This document shows positions 1-8,761 of a DNA stretch of 64,000 bases, piece by piece. Source of the stretch: a virus; the IMG/VR virus record IMGVR_UViG_3300008050_000026, positions 1 to 64,000 of that record. One strand, 5' to 3'. The position numbers and the translations under genes were made by a program. The notes under the pieces are model-generated. The model ran no database searches. It worked only from the letters and a program-made list of their open reading frames with translations, and was not told the DNA's origin. Numbering within the stretch: the stretch's first letter is position 1; the number at the start of each line of letters is the position of its first letter.

Positions 1-204
1 GAACGATCAGGTAGTTTTAAGAACTCAGTACATGAATTCAACATCATCATAGCTGAAGATGCAGATAGTTATTTGACAACAGTAAGATGCCATGCACTTC
101 TTGGTGTATTATCGTGGAAAGAAGTTATTGTTGAAGAAAAAAGATTTCCAGAGCTTAAGTACAGTGATACGTTAAGAGGAGGATTTGATATGGGCAATGC
201 ATAG
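1..204 (+). CDS. partial hypothetical protein (5' truncated)
   Basis: Open frame from base 1 to TAG at 202-204; first of a chain of abutting small + strand ORFs. Confidence 0.5.
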   Translation, partial: ERSGSFKNSVHEFNIIIAEDADSYLTTVRCHALLGVLSWKEVIVEEKRFPELKYSDTLRGGFDMGNA

Positions 205-207
205 ATC

Positions 208-339
208 ATGAAATTCACAGGAAACATAGGACTGGACTGGTGGTTACAACAGGAGGAGAAGAAAAAGAAACGTCGCGAGGAATATGATAAACGTAGAAAA
301 CAACGAATAGAAGATTACAATAAGAAAAGAAACAAGTGA
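208..339 (+). CDS. small basic hypothetical protein (43 aa)
   Basis: ATG 208, MKFTGNIGLDWWLQQEEKKK...; stop overlaps next GTG (GTGA); below ORF-track cutoff. Confidence 0.5.
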   Translation: MKFTGNIGLDWWLQQEEKKKKRREEYDKRRKQRIEDYNKKRNK

Positions 340-473
340 ACTACGTTAAAAAGAAAATAGCAGGATTGATTTGGGACTTATCAGAATGGTCAGGAATACC
401 ATTAGGGAAATACGCTGAACCAATATTCAGGATCATGATAGGAGCTAACAACAATAACAGCAAGAAACTATGA
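336..473 (+). CDS. small hypothetical protein (45 aa)
   Basis: GTG 336, (M)NYVKKKIAGLIWDLSEWSGIPLGKYAEPIF...; coupled by 4-nt overlaps on both sides. Confidence 0.5.
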   Translation: MNYVKKKIAGLIWDLSEWSGIPLGKYAEPIFRIMIGANNNNSKKL

Positions 474-646
474 GCAACTGGTGGCCATGTGATAACTGTG
501 GAACACGACATGATCCTAAAGTAGAATGCAAAGAATATCATATCGATAGACATCAAAGAACTTCTGGTGGTAGACCTATCAGTAGAAAAGAAAAACGAGC
601 AAGAAAACGTAAGAACTTGAAGATGTCAAAACGTAGTCAAAAATGA
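470..646 (+). CDS. small basic protein with CxxC..H..C motif (58 aa)
   Basis: MSNWWPCDNCGTRHDPKVEC... with Arg/Lys-rich tail; ATGA overlap with upstream ORF. Confidence 0.5.
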   Translation: MSNWWPCDNCGTRHDPKVECKEYHIDRHQRTSGGRPISRKEKRARKRKNLKMSKRSQK

Positions 647-696
647 ACATGTTAAAAGATAAATCTTTTAAGTGTTATTTGGTAATAACATTTTAT

Positions 697-704
697 TAAA
701 TTTG
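697..704 (+). promoter_or_regulatory. Bacteroidota-type -7 promoter element (TAnnTTTG)
   Basis: TAAATTTG in AT-rich gap before ORF 740. Confidence 0.6.
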
Positions 705-739
705 GCATGTAGATAAAATTGTATAGATCCAGAAATAGA

Positions 740-1276
740 ATGGCAAAGAAGAAAACATCGACCACGAAACCTGCAACTCTCAAAGTTGTCAAGACCCCTG
801 AAGATCACCCAGCAAGTAACGAGCCAGAGTCTAATAAGGCGAATGGTGGGGATGTACATGAGGTCCAGTTGCCTACAGGCGAGGAGGTTCTTGCAGCTGA
901 GAAAGATGTCGTCGAGGAAGTAACACGAGGGCAACTTGTCAAGTTTGCAAGCAAGATCAATATCTTGACGAAAGGCAAATGGTTCACCATTGCAAGATTT
1001 CAGAAGTTGTTCAAGATGCCCAAGCCACAATCAGCTCAAATTCTTCTTGCTTTGTTTGCTGAAAAACTTATTGCGATTGACCAACGTGCTGGTGTAAACA
1101 AGTACAAGATTGACTTTGGTAAGACAACACAGCTTGAAATCATTGACAAAACAATTAACAGGCATAAGAATTCAATGGTTGCATTGATGAAGGAAAGGAA
1201 GTCACTGATGTTAGAGATCGAGCAAGATAAAAAAGCTGCAGTAAAAGCCAAGAAAGAAGAAAAGAAGACAAAGTAA
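740..1276 (+). CDS. hypothetical protein, possible winged-HTH plus C-terminal coiled coil
   Basis: ORF 719..1276; ATG 740 preferred (downstream of promoter, A-rich context); FTIARFQKLF..QSAQILLALFAEKLI resembles wHTH. Confidence 0.6.
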   Translation: MAKKKTSTTKPATLKVVKTPEDHPASNEPESNKANGGDVHEVQLPTGEEVLAAEKDVVEEVTRGQLVKFASKINILTKGKWFTIARFQKLFKMPKPQSAQILLALFAEKLIAIDQRAGVNKYKIDFGKTTQLEIIDKTINRHKNSMVALMKERKSLMLEIEQDKKAAVKAKKEEKKTK

Positions 1277-1291
1277 TTCAAGGCAATAAGT

Positions 1292-1299
1292 TATATTTG
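1292..1299 (+). promoter_or_regulatory. Bacteroidota-type -7 promoter element
   Basis: TATATTTG ~20 nt upstream of portal ATG. Confidence 0.65.
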
Positions 1300-1319
1300 T
1301 TTCCGTTAATAAGCAAATC

Positions 1320-3035
1320 ATGGCTAAGAATAAAGGCAAACGTAAGAAGAATAAAATCGTTAAAGCCGAACAGGTAGGCCTAAGTGGGGACATATTTTCA
1401 AAGGAATTACTTTCATTAGATGCTTTAGGAAAAGAAACTGAGATCAAAAAAGGATTATTGATCAAAGAGGCCTTAAGTACTGATGACCCTACTACCATAT
1501 TGAAAGCACAAAGTTATTTGAAAGCTATTGAGGAGCGAGGAGACAGTAGACCCAAATCACTGATCCTCGATAATACGTTCTTCAGTGGACAAGGTTGGAA
1601 AGAAAAATCCTACTCGGTATCATACGAGCTATTGAGGGGAATGGCAAGAACACCTATCATCAAATCAATTGTTGAAACGAGAGTTGAACAGGTAGTTGAT
1701 TTCATGACACCTCAAGAAGATCGATATTCAACAGGTTTTATAATCAGGCCAAAGAGAAAGGCACATTTCAGTGATGAAGAAGAGAAGTTAAAACCTGAGC
1801 AGATCAAACGTGCTTCGGAAATTACTGATTGGATCATGAACTGTGGACCTAATGCTAATGAATGGCATGGTGATGATATTGATAGTTTCACAAGAAAGGT
1901 AGTTCGAGACTCATTATCATTTGACCAGATGTGTTGGGAGAACGTTGAGAATAGGAGAGGGGATCTTACTGAGATCATAGCTGTTGATGGTGCATCGTTC
2001 AGACTTACTGACCAGATCAATGAAGAGGACTACGAGAAACTTACATCAATCAAGCAAGTTCTTGGAAAAGAGGAGAAGAAGAACCACGTAAAAGGCTATC
2101 CACCATATTACTTGCAAGTATATCAAGGCAGGATCATTGCTCAGTTCTACCCTTGGGAAATGTGCTTTGGTATCAGAAATGCACAAACATCAATCCTATC
2201 AAATGGATATGGACGTTCTGAACTGGAGGATCTGGTTCAAACAGTTACTTCATTGCTTAACGTAGATCAGTACAATGCCAATTATTTCAAAGTAGGTTCA
2301 AATCCAAAAGGGATCCTAAGGGTAACAGGAAATGTATCCAACGAACGATTGGACGAATTCAAGTCCCAATGGCAAGCACAGATGGCAGGAGTACATAATG
2401 CCCATAAGCTTCCAGTAATAGAAGCTGATAAGATGGACTTCATTACTACCCAAGGCACCAACAAGGAAATGGAATACAGCAAATATCAGGAGTTCCTGAT
2501 CAAAGTAGGCTGCGCTGTATTCAAAATGGACCCATCGGAGATTGGATTTCCTATGTCAGGTTCAAGTGATGCCAAGCCAATGTTTGAAGGAAACAACGAG
2601 GCAAGGCTAAAACATTCAAAAGACAAGGGCCTCAAACCTATACTGAAGTTCTATGAACGTAAGTTCCAACGTTATGTTATTGATCGTTTGGATCCAGAAT
2701 ATGAAATCAAGTTTGTTGGACTTAATGCATTCACCCCAGAAGAAGAACTGGAAGCAGAGATCAAGAAGGTACAGAACTTCAAAACGGTTAATGAAACCAG
2801 AAAGGAATTTGGATTGGATGAACATCCAGATGGTGACATCATATTAAATCCAGTCATGATGCAAGCCAAACAAATGGAAGCCATGAATGGTATGGGACAA
2901 GAGTCAGACCAATTTGCAGATGATAATCCATTCAACTGGGATGATGAAGGAGACCCAACGGAAAAAGGAGAAAAGACTGGACCTATCGTAGATGCATTGA
3001 ACCAATACATCAAAAAGGAATTGGTAGAAGAATAA
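1320..3035 (+). CDS. phage portal protein
   Basis: 571 aa; DSLSFDQMCWE..IAVDG, GYGRSELE, YFKVGSNPKGIL, DPSEIGF, TVNETRKEFGL motifs typical of SPO1/K-like portals. Confidence 0.92.
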   Translation: MAKNKGKRKKNKIVKAEQVGLSGDIFSKELLSLDALGKETEIKKGLLIKEALSTDDPTTILKAQSYLKAIEERGDSRPKSLILDNTFFSGQGWKEKSYSVSYELLRGMARTPIIKSIVETRVEQVVDFMTPQEDRYSTGFIIRPKRKAHFSDEEEKLKPEQIKRASEITDWIMNCGPNANEWHGDDIDSFTRKVVRDSLSFDQMCWENVENRRGDLTEIIAVDGASFRLTDQINEEDYEKLTSIKQVLGKEEKKNHVKGYPPYYLQVYQGRIIAQFYPWEMCFGIRNAQTSILSNGYGRSELEDLVQTVTSLLNVDQYNANYFKVGSNPKGILRVTGNVSNERLDEFKSQWQAQMAGVHNAHKLPVIEADKMDFITTQGTNKEMEYSKYQEFLIKVGCAVFKMDPSEIGFPMSGSSDAKPMFEGNNEARLKHSKDKGLKPILKFYERKFQRYVIDRLDPEYEIKFVGLNAFTPEEELEAEIKKVQNFKTVNETRKEFGLDEHPDGDIILNPVMMQAKQMEAMNGMGQESDQFADDNPFNWDDEGDPTEKGEKTGPIVDALNQYIKKELVEE

Positions 3036-3037
3036 TC

Positions 3038-4456
3038 ATGGCTGATAAGTTTAAGCAAGCTACTACAGATGCAAATAACTTCATACACAACTATCCTCCA
3101 GTTGTAGAAGAGGTAGAAGAAGCAATTGCAGTTGAAGATGCCACTTCACAAAAGGATGCATTGACCAATGAAGAATTAAGGGAAGTTCCATTAGAGGTAA
3201 GTTCAGAAGGTTTAACAGATAAAGAACTTAGGGCATCAGCTGTACCAGTAACAGATTTAGGACATCAAACAGATGCACTTACTGACACAGAATTAAGAGC
3301 AAGTCCAGTTGAGGTAATAGCATCTGAAGATGTTCAAAAGATAAGTACAGTCAATTCATCCAATGTATTACTTACATCTGGTTCAACGTTTACAGGGGTT
3401 TGGGAAGATGTTACATTATATCCAGCCTTAACAATATCTGTATCAACTGACCAAGATGGAACCTATCAAATACAATATAGCCCAGATGGTGTGAACGTTG
3501 ATAGTAGCCTGACGAGATACTATCGTACAAATCAGATAAATGTACCACATAGGTTTACCAATGCAAGGGGGTATATGAGAATTGTATTCACAAATACTAC
3601 AGCTTCAGATCAAACATATTTAAGGCTCCAAACAACACTTGGTTTCTTCAGTGATCTTAATGCACCTATTGACTCAACATTGGCTCAGGACTTTGATGCT
3701 TTGGTTGTAAGGCCTACAGATTTTCATACAGAGGTAGGGTTAGGCAGACGACAAGGTTTTGAACTTTGGAATAAGTTTGGCTATAACCAAAACATAAGCG
3801 TTGGTACAGAGGCGGTGCTTTCTTGGGGTGGTTCGTTTACACCATTGTTAGTGGCAACCACAATGTCGATAGTTTCAGATTCAGTAGATGATGCTGTTGG
3901 TGGAATAGGGGTTGAGCAAGCGGTCATCTATTACATAGACGAAAACAGATTACCTCAGATAAAGGTTATTCCAATGAACGGAACAACGCCTGTTGTTACT
4001 GTCGAATTAAGTCTTGGGATAAATAGGGTTGCGATGTTCTTATGTGGCAGTAACATGAAGAATGTCGGTACAATAACTGTTACGGCTGTTACGGGTGGAA
4101 GTACGATGGCTGAAATGCCAGCAGGGGGTGGAGTTACACAGCAATGTCTTTTCCACGTTCCATTAGGGTATCAATTTTCTGCGGAATGGTTATGGGCCAA
4201 TACTCTGAAACCATCAGGACAAAACCCAACCGTAACCATAAAGATGTGGGTGTGGTCATCCGTATCAAATGGTATGCAAGAAGTTTACAGAAAGACTTTG
4301 GACACCGCAGTTGTAACACATCTAAGTGAAAACCCTAATCTGCCGTTTCCTATTACAGAGGGTACTGTTTTGTGGTTAGAGGCTACAACAGATAAAAATG
4401 CCACAATCGTTGAAGGAAGATTTTCAGGAGAACTGGTAAGAAATATAGATGCTTAA
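3038..4456 (+). CDS. putative virion fibre/decoration protein with N-terminal repeats
   Basis: 472 aa; three LT(D/N)xELRxxxxxV repeats, then Thr/Val-rich beta-type domains incl. NKFGYN. Confidence 0.55.
   Translation: MADKFKQATTDANNFIHNYPPVVEEVEEAIAVEDATSQKDALTNEELREVPLEVSSEGLTDKELRASAVPVTDLGHQTDALTDTELRASPVEVIASEDVQKISTVNSSNVLLTSGSTFTGVWEDVTLYPALTISVSTDQDGTYQIQYSPDGVNVDSSLTRYYRTNQINVPHRFTNARGYMRIVFTNTTASDQTYLRLQTTLGFFSDLNAPIDSTLAQDFDALVVRPTDFHTEVGLGRRQGFELWNKFGYNQNISVGTEAVLSWGGSFTPLLVATTMSIVSDSVDDAVGGIGVEQAVIYYIDENRLPQIKVIPMNGTTPVVTVELSLGINRVAMFLCGSNMKNVGTITVTAVTGGSTMAEMPAGGGVTQQCLFHVPLGYQFSAEWLWANTLKPSGQNPTVTIKMWVWSSVSNGMQEVYRKTLDTAVVTHLSENPNLPFPITEGTVLWLEATTDKNATIVEGRFSGELVRNIDA
3158..3316 (+). 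repeat. three intragenic peptide repeats (LTDxELRAxPVxV-like)
   Basis: ALTNEELREVPLEV / GLTDKELRASAVPV / ALTDTELRASPVEV. Confidence 0.8.
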
Positions 4457-4475
4457 TAATAACGAAGAAAAAGAG

Positions 4476-4483
4476 TATTTTTG
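4476..4483 (+). promoter_or_regulatory. Bacteroidota-type -7 promoter element
   Basis: TATTTTTG upstream of lysis-like cassette. Confidence 0.5.
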
Positions 4484-4523
4484 AAATGAAACAGGGAACA
4501 AAAATCAGGAACAATGGAGAGAA

Positions 4524-5138
4524 ATGAAACATCATATAATCGCCTTAATTATGATACTATCACAAAGATCATTTCCGCTACAGATAGTGGACAGCGTATT
4601 TAGCACGCTTAACGGAATATTCAAATTAACGTTAATGCAGGTGCTCGTTCTAATGATAACCTTGAGTTCAGTTATAATCACCTTTGAGGGATTTGTTGAA
4701 CATTGGGTTTGGGAACCATTCTGGACACTGCCTATCATGTGGATGTTCTATATAGCCGATACGGCCACTGCAATCATAAGAACTGGAAGGGTAAATGGGA
4801 CAAATTGGGAGTTCAGTTCTGATAAGTTCCAAAAGTTCATTGTGGATGTAATTGGAGTAACGATTGTACTTGGTGCAGTTCATGCCTTTCCTGTTATTGG
4901 AAATTTGATGATGGAACATCAGGACTTGGCGGTGGCAAAGAGGGAAGCAACATACGACATGTTAATACTATCAACATGGGGAGCATATCTTGCCATTGCG
5001 GTAAGACAAGGATTTTCAATCGTTGCAAATGCTTCCAAAGCAGGGGTTATACCTAAAGGAGCAGCCAAGGTAATAAGCAAGCATCTGGACAGGTATAAAG
5101 AAAGTGTATGGGATGACACAATAATCAAAGGGAAATGA
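4524..5138 (+). CDS. putative holin (phage holin 4-like)
   Basis: Several hydrophobic segments; IADTATAII..SSDKF..FSIVANASKAGVIP pattern; charged C-tail; exact start uncertain. Confidence 0.65.
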   Translation: MKHHIIALIMILSQRSFPLQIVDSVFSTLNGIFKLTLMQVLVLMITLSSVIITFEGFVEHWVWEPFWTLPIMWMFYIADTATAIIRTGRVNGTNWEFSSDKFQKFIVDVIGVTIVLGAVHAFPVIGNLMMEHQDLAVAKREATYDMLILSTWGAYLAIAVRQGFSIVANASKAGVIPKGAAKVISKHLDRYKESVWDDTIIKGK

Positions 5139-5548
5139 AAGAAGCTTGGAAAAATCTATCAACAGGACTTAAGATCCTCATAATTGGGTTAGCATTATTG
5201 GTAACCTTATTGGGAATTGCAGTAATTGTTACAAGTATCCAGAATGCAAAGCTTGAGAAAGATGCAGTAGACCTTGTTGAACTACAGAAAAAGGAATTGG
5301 ATGATAGCAAGAAAGGCTTTGAGGACATCATAAAAGGAAAGGAGAAGGAGATCAATGATACCAATGATGATATAACCAGCATAAGGGAACTAAGGAAAAA
5401 GGACCAAGAAGATGCAAGATATTGGTACGCAAAGGCACAACAACGTAAAACACAGATCGATGACATCAATAAACAGATTGCTGGTATGGATAGTTCTGAG
5501 CTTCGGGACGTTTACATCGGTATACTCACAGCACATAATCTTAATTGA
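5135..5548 (+). CDS. putative i-spanin-like protein
   Basis: Single N-terminal TM then coiled coil; directly after holin. Confidence 0.55.
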   Translation: MKEAWKNLSTGLKILIIGLALLVTLLGIAVIVTSIQNAKLEKDAVDLVELQKKELDDSKKGFEDIIKGKEKEINDTNDDITSIRELRKKDQEDARYWYAKAQQRKTQIDDINKQIAGMDSSELRDVYIGILTAHNLN

Positions 5549-5921
5549 AGATGAAACCCATCATTGCTTTACTGAAGCTCAGACGAAGTTCTGGGTTACT
5601 CAACAACAAGAGAACCAAGTTCACGAAGGGACAATCATTGACCTCGAGCAATCAACTGAAGCAAAGGATAGGGAGATTGAAAAGCTTGAAGATGAGAACA
5701 AAAAGCAAGCCTCTGTAATTGAAGCACAGAAGGTTATCATTGCTGCACAGGATACCATTCAAGACATTGATGAGAATATCCAAGATCTATCAGAGGAACA
5801 GTTAAAGAAACTTCGAAAGAAGAAGAAGCTTGAAAAGGCTTGGAAGGTATGGATACGTCCTACATTAATAGGTCTGGGTTCAGGCTTGGTCGGTTATGGA
5901 TTGGGTTCAATACCAAAATGA
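5460..5921 (+). CDS. exported coiled-coil protein, second spanin-like component
   Basis: Overlaps 3' end of previous gene; signal-peptide-like MTSINRLLVWIVLSFGTFTSVYS|Q, coiled coil, Gly-rich C-terminal hydrophobic helix; no lipobox. Confidence 0.5.
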   Translation: MTSINRLLVWIVLSFGTFTSVYSQHIILIEDETHHCFTEAQTKFWVTQQQENQVHEGTIIDLEQSTEAKDREIEKLEDENKKQASVIEAQKVIIAAQDTIQDIDENIQDLSEEQLKKLRKKKKLEKAWKVWIRPTLIGLGSGLVGYGLGSIPK

Positions 5922-6211
5922 CCAGAACAGTAAACATGCATTTCATTGAAGCTGAAGATCATCCAGCTGAATATAAGCCAGGGAATGTATGGGTTGTAGG
6001 TCCTAAGAACAAATGGGTAATGAGTTTCCTTTGCCCTTGTGGTTGTGGAGATGAAATCCATTTGAATATGCTCCCAGGATCTGCACCACGATGGAAATAT
6101 CATGGGAATAAGACCATGACACCTTCAGTCAATAGGACAAAAGGATGCAGGTCACATTTTACAATCACAGGTGGATTGGTTAAATTTCACGGTCATGTTG
6201 AAAATAGGTAA
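5918..6211 (+). CDS. DUF6527-like Cys/His protein
   Basis: FLCPCGCG..L..W..TMTPSV..GCRSHFTITGG; ATGA overlap at 5918. Confidence 0.75.
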   Translation: MTRTVNMHFIEAEDHPAEYKPGNVWVVGPKNKWVMSFLCPCGCGDEIHLNMLPGSAPRWKYHGNKTMTPSVNRTKGCRSHFTITGGLVKFHGHVENR

Positions 6212-6434
6212 CTTCGCAGCAAAGCTAACAGACAAAGGAACTTGGATCTACAAGGCCTTGGCACCTACGTTCTTTAAGAAGGATGGAGCATTACGAAAAA
6301 AGTATCATGATCTACCAAGATACAAAGTAATTCCAGAATATGAGGATGCAGCCAAAGATGAATATCAGTTAGAAATGGCGAAGGCTGTGAAGGACATTAC
6401 AGATAAATTAAAGACCTTTGTCATAGATGCTTAG
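6195..6434 (+). CDS. hypothetical protein
   Basis: ORF overlapping both neighbours; ATG 6195 preferred over 6171. Confidence 0.55.
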   Translation: MLKIGNFAAKLTDKGTWIYKALAPTFFKKDGALRKKYHDLPRYKVIPEYEDAAKDEYQLEMAKAVKDITDKLKTFVIDA

Positions 6435-7359
6435 CGTAGAACAGGTAAACGAGTTATTGGAGATCTTGGACAGTCATACATTGATGTTCATAGGTAAGTC
6501 GCTTGGGCCTGATTACCTTACAAAGGATGAGAAGAAGTCGTTGAATAAATTAGGCATCAATCCAAGCGCGATATACAATCCTGAGATGGATACCATGAAA
6601 ACTGCGTTCTACTTTGGTCTAATATCGGATGCATTAGGAAAAAGGGAGGCAAACAAGGTAACATTCAAGGACCTTAAGAAGTCATTAAGGAAAGGGGAGT
6701 ATTTGCCATTGACATATAAGGAGCAAGCTACAATTCATTCAGTCAAGATGCAGTACCTTGGAGATCTACGAGCCAACAAAGGGAAGATCTTCAATGATGT
6801 CAATGGTATCATACGTGAAAAGGACAAAGGCAATCGAGCTGCTTATGAAGAAGTAATACGAAAAGAACTGGTTCAAGGAATAAAGGATAAGAAGACAGCA
6901 GGCCAAATAGCTTCAGAACTTGGACATAAGACTGGTGATTGGAGGAGAAACTTTGGAAGAATTGCAGAATTCACATCACATCAAGCTTTTGATGAGGGAA
7001 GAGCAGCATTATATAAAAGGAAACATGGTGAAGGGGCATTGGTATATAAGCAACCGTATGAAGGGGCATGTAAACATTGTATTGGGATGTACCTGACAAA
7101 AGGCCCTGGATCTGCACCTATAATATTCCTGCTAACAACACTGGAAGCCAATGGGACCAATATAGGTAAGAAGACAACCGATTGGAACCCAGTGGTAGGA
7201 AGCACACATCCATATTGTAGATGTACATTGCACAGCTATGATCCAGATTATGAGTGGGACCCTGAGACTGGCGGGTTTACGAAATTAAAGAAAAAACCTC
7301 CTCGTGTAATTAGACACAAGGTAAAAGTGACCTACGGAGGCAAAGAGTATCAAGTTTAG
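6427..7359 (+). CDS. phage head morphogenesis protein (MuF / SPP1 gp7 family)
   Basis: RIAEFT..AFDEG, ACKHC and HPYCRC motifs; located between portal and protease. Confidence 0.85.
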   Translation: MLSVEQVNELLEILDSHTLMFIGKSLGPDYLTKDEKKSLNKLGINPSAIYNPEMDTMKTAFYFGLISDALGKREANKVTFKDLKKSLRKGEYLPLTYKEQATIHSVKMQYLGDLRANKGKIFNDVNGIIREKDKGNRAAYEEVIRKELVQGIKDKKTAGQIASELGHKTGDWRRNFGRIAEFTSHQAFDEGRAALYKRKHGEGALVYKQPYEGACKHCIGMYLTKGPGSAPIIFLLTTLEANGTNIGKKTTDWNPVVGSTHPYCRCTLHSYDPDYEWDPETGGFTKLKKKPPRVIRHKVKVTYGGKEYQV

Positions 7360-7362
7360 TTT

Positions 7363-7370
7363 TATATTTG
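7363..7370 (+). promoter_or_regulatory. Bacteroidota-type -7 promoter element
   Basis: TATATTTG followed by AACAATCGTTAAA leader. Confidence 0.65.
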
Positions 7371-7405
7371 TATCCAACAATCGTTAAATCACATTAATTA
7401 CAATC

Positions 7406-7729
7406 ATGGTAGACGTAATAATCACATCAGCTGTAGGTGTCATTGAAGCAGTAGTGGATATGATCAATCCAGAAATCGATGAGAACATGACAGTAATGGA
7501 GTACAAAGAACTTCCAGATGGAGCTTCTGATGCACTCGTTGCTCTTCGTGATCAATTGGAAGGTCATTTCCAACGTAAAATTGAGTCGGACAAAACTTAT
7601 TTGTTCCAAGCTGCTCAAGCATACGGTTGGGATGTTACTTGGAGAAATCATGCGGATGGTTCTACAGGTACTTGGTTCAATGAGTTCTCAGGTTCAGTAT
7701 CTTCTTCTGGTTCAATGTCTGGACCTTAA
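7406..7729 (+). CDS. hypothetical (possible virion) protein with Ser-rich C-terminus
   Basis: 107 aa; ends FSGSVSSSGSMSGP. Confidence 0.65.
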   Translation: MVDVIITSAVGVIEAVVDMINPEIDENMTVMEYKELPDGASDALVALRDQLEGHFQRKIESDKTYLFQAAQAYGWDVTWRNHADGSTGTWFNEFSGSVSSSGSMSGP

Positions 7730-7741
7730 GTTACTTAGGTA

Positions 7742-8740
7742 ATGATCGAGACAATAATCAACGCAAGAAATGAAGTAGGTGAAAAGGTATCGGCAACAAT
7801 TACAATCGATGCTTTAGATTTCACTGTACAAAATTTTACTATTGTTGAAATTGCCCCAGCTGATGAAAAATCAAGAATACACTTTCAAGATCTTCAATTA
7901 ATACCTTACACCCGTTTAGGATGGGTTGATTACCTTTTAGGAAAAGGTGTAACTGATGGTGTTAATATCAATCATTCAAACGATGAGAAAGTAAATTGGA
8001 CATTGGGTGATGCAATTGAAGGCAAATATCTTACTGTTTGGTTAACCAATGAAACAGCTGGTCAAATATTTCATTTTGCAAATGAAGATCCAGCTGAACA
8101 TACACTTCATATATCCAGATTGATGCTTCATGGTGTTGAAGGTGAAGTAACGTATGTTGCTATTGGACCTAAAAAAGATTACGAGTTTGGTGAAGGAGGA
8201 ATTGAAATACCAAAAGAAGATATTCCAGAAGACGAAACATTGTTCCATGTTATTATGCAAGGTTTAATAGATGAAGAACCTTATGTATCTGAAATAATTA
8301 TGGAAGTAAGTACTTTACCTTTTACTATTCTAATGGATGGGCCAAAGGTTAATATTCCACTTATACCACTTGTTGAGCCAGAACCAGAAGAATTGCAGAT
8401 TGATATACAGTTGAAATTAGGTGGAGAAGGACCTGAAGTACACTTATTAAATAGCTATGCTGGGGAAGATCTTGGAATGAAACAAATAACGTTGCTTCGA
8501 AAATTCGATTTATCTGAATTCACAAACATTATTCATATAGGTTTGTTTAATTTTCCAGAAGGTGATACAATATCTTACGGTGGTTCATTACCCCCAGATC
8601 CTACAAATGATTATAGTATAATGATCGTTTTGGTAGATAGTTCTGAGCAAACTTGGGTATTCAATTCAGTTATGCATCTTGAAATTGATAGTCCACCTTC
8701 AACAATTACTTTAGATCCATTAGAATTACCAATGCCTTAA
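7742..8740 (+). CDS. acidic hypothetical protein
   Basis: 332 aa ORF; no recognised motif. Confidence 0.65.
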   Translation: MIETIINARNEVGEKVSATITIDALDFTVQNFTIVEIAPADEKSRIHFQDLQLIPYTRLGWVDYLLGKGVTDGVNINHSNDEKVNWTLGDAIEGKYLTVWLTNETAGQIFHFANEDPAEHTLHISRLMLHGVEGEVTYVAIGPKKDYEFGEGGIEIPKEDIPEDETLFHVIMQGLIDEEPYVSEIIMEVSTLPFTILMDGPKVNIPLIPLVEPEPEELQIDIQLKLGGEGPEVHLLNSYAGEDLGMKQITLLRKFDLSEFTNIIHIGLFNFPEGDTISYGGSLPPDPTNDYSIMIVLVDSSEQTWVFNSVMHLEIDSPPSTITLDPLELPMP

Positions 8741-8761
8741 AATCAAAAAAAACAATCGTAC

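Noticed and set aside
1-1320. Terminase genes upstream of portal
   Set aside because: Only small ORFs without ATPase or nuclease motifs; the terminase must lie outside the window. The 18907 ATPase lacks terminase features.
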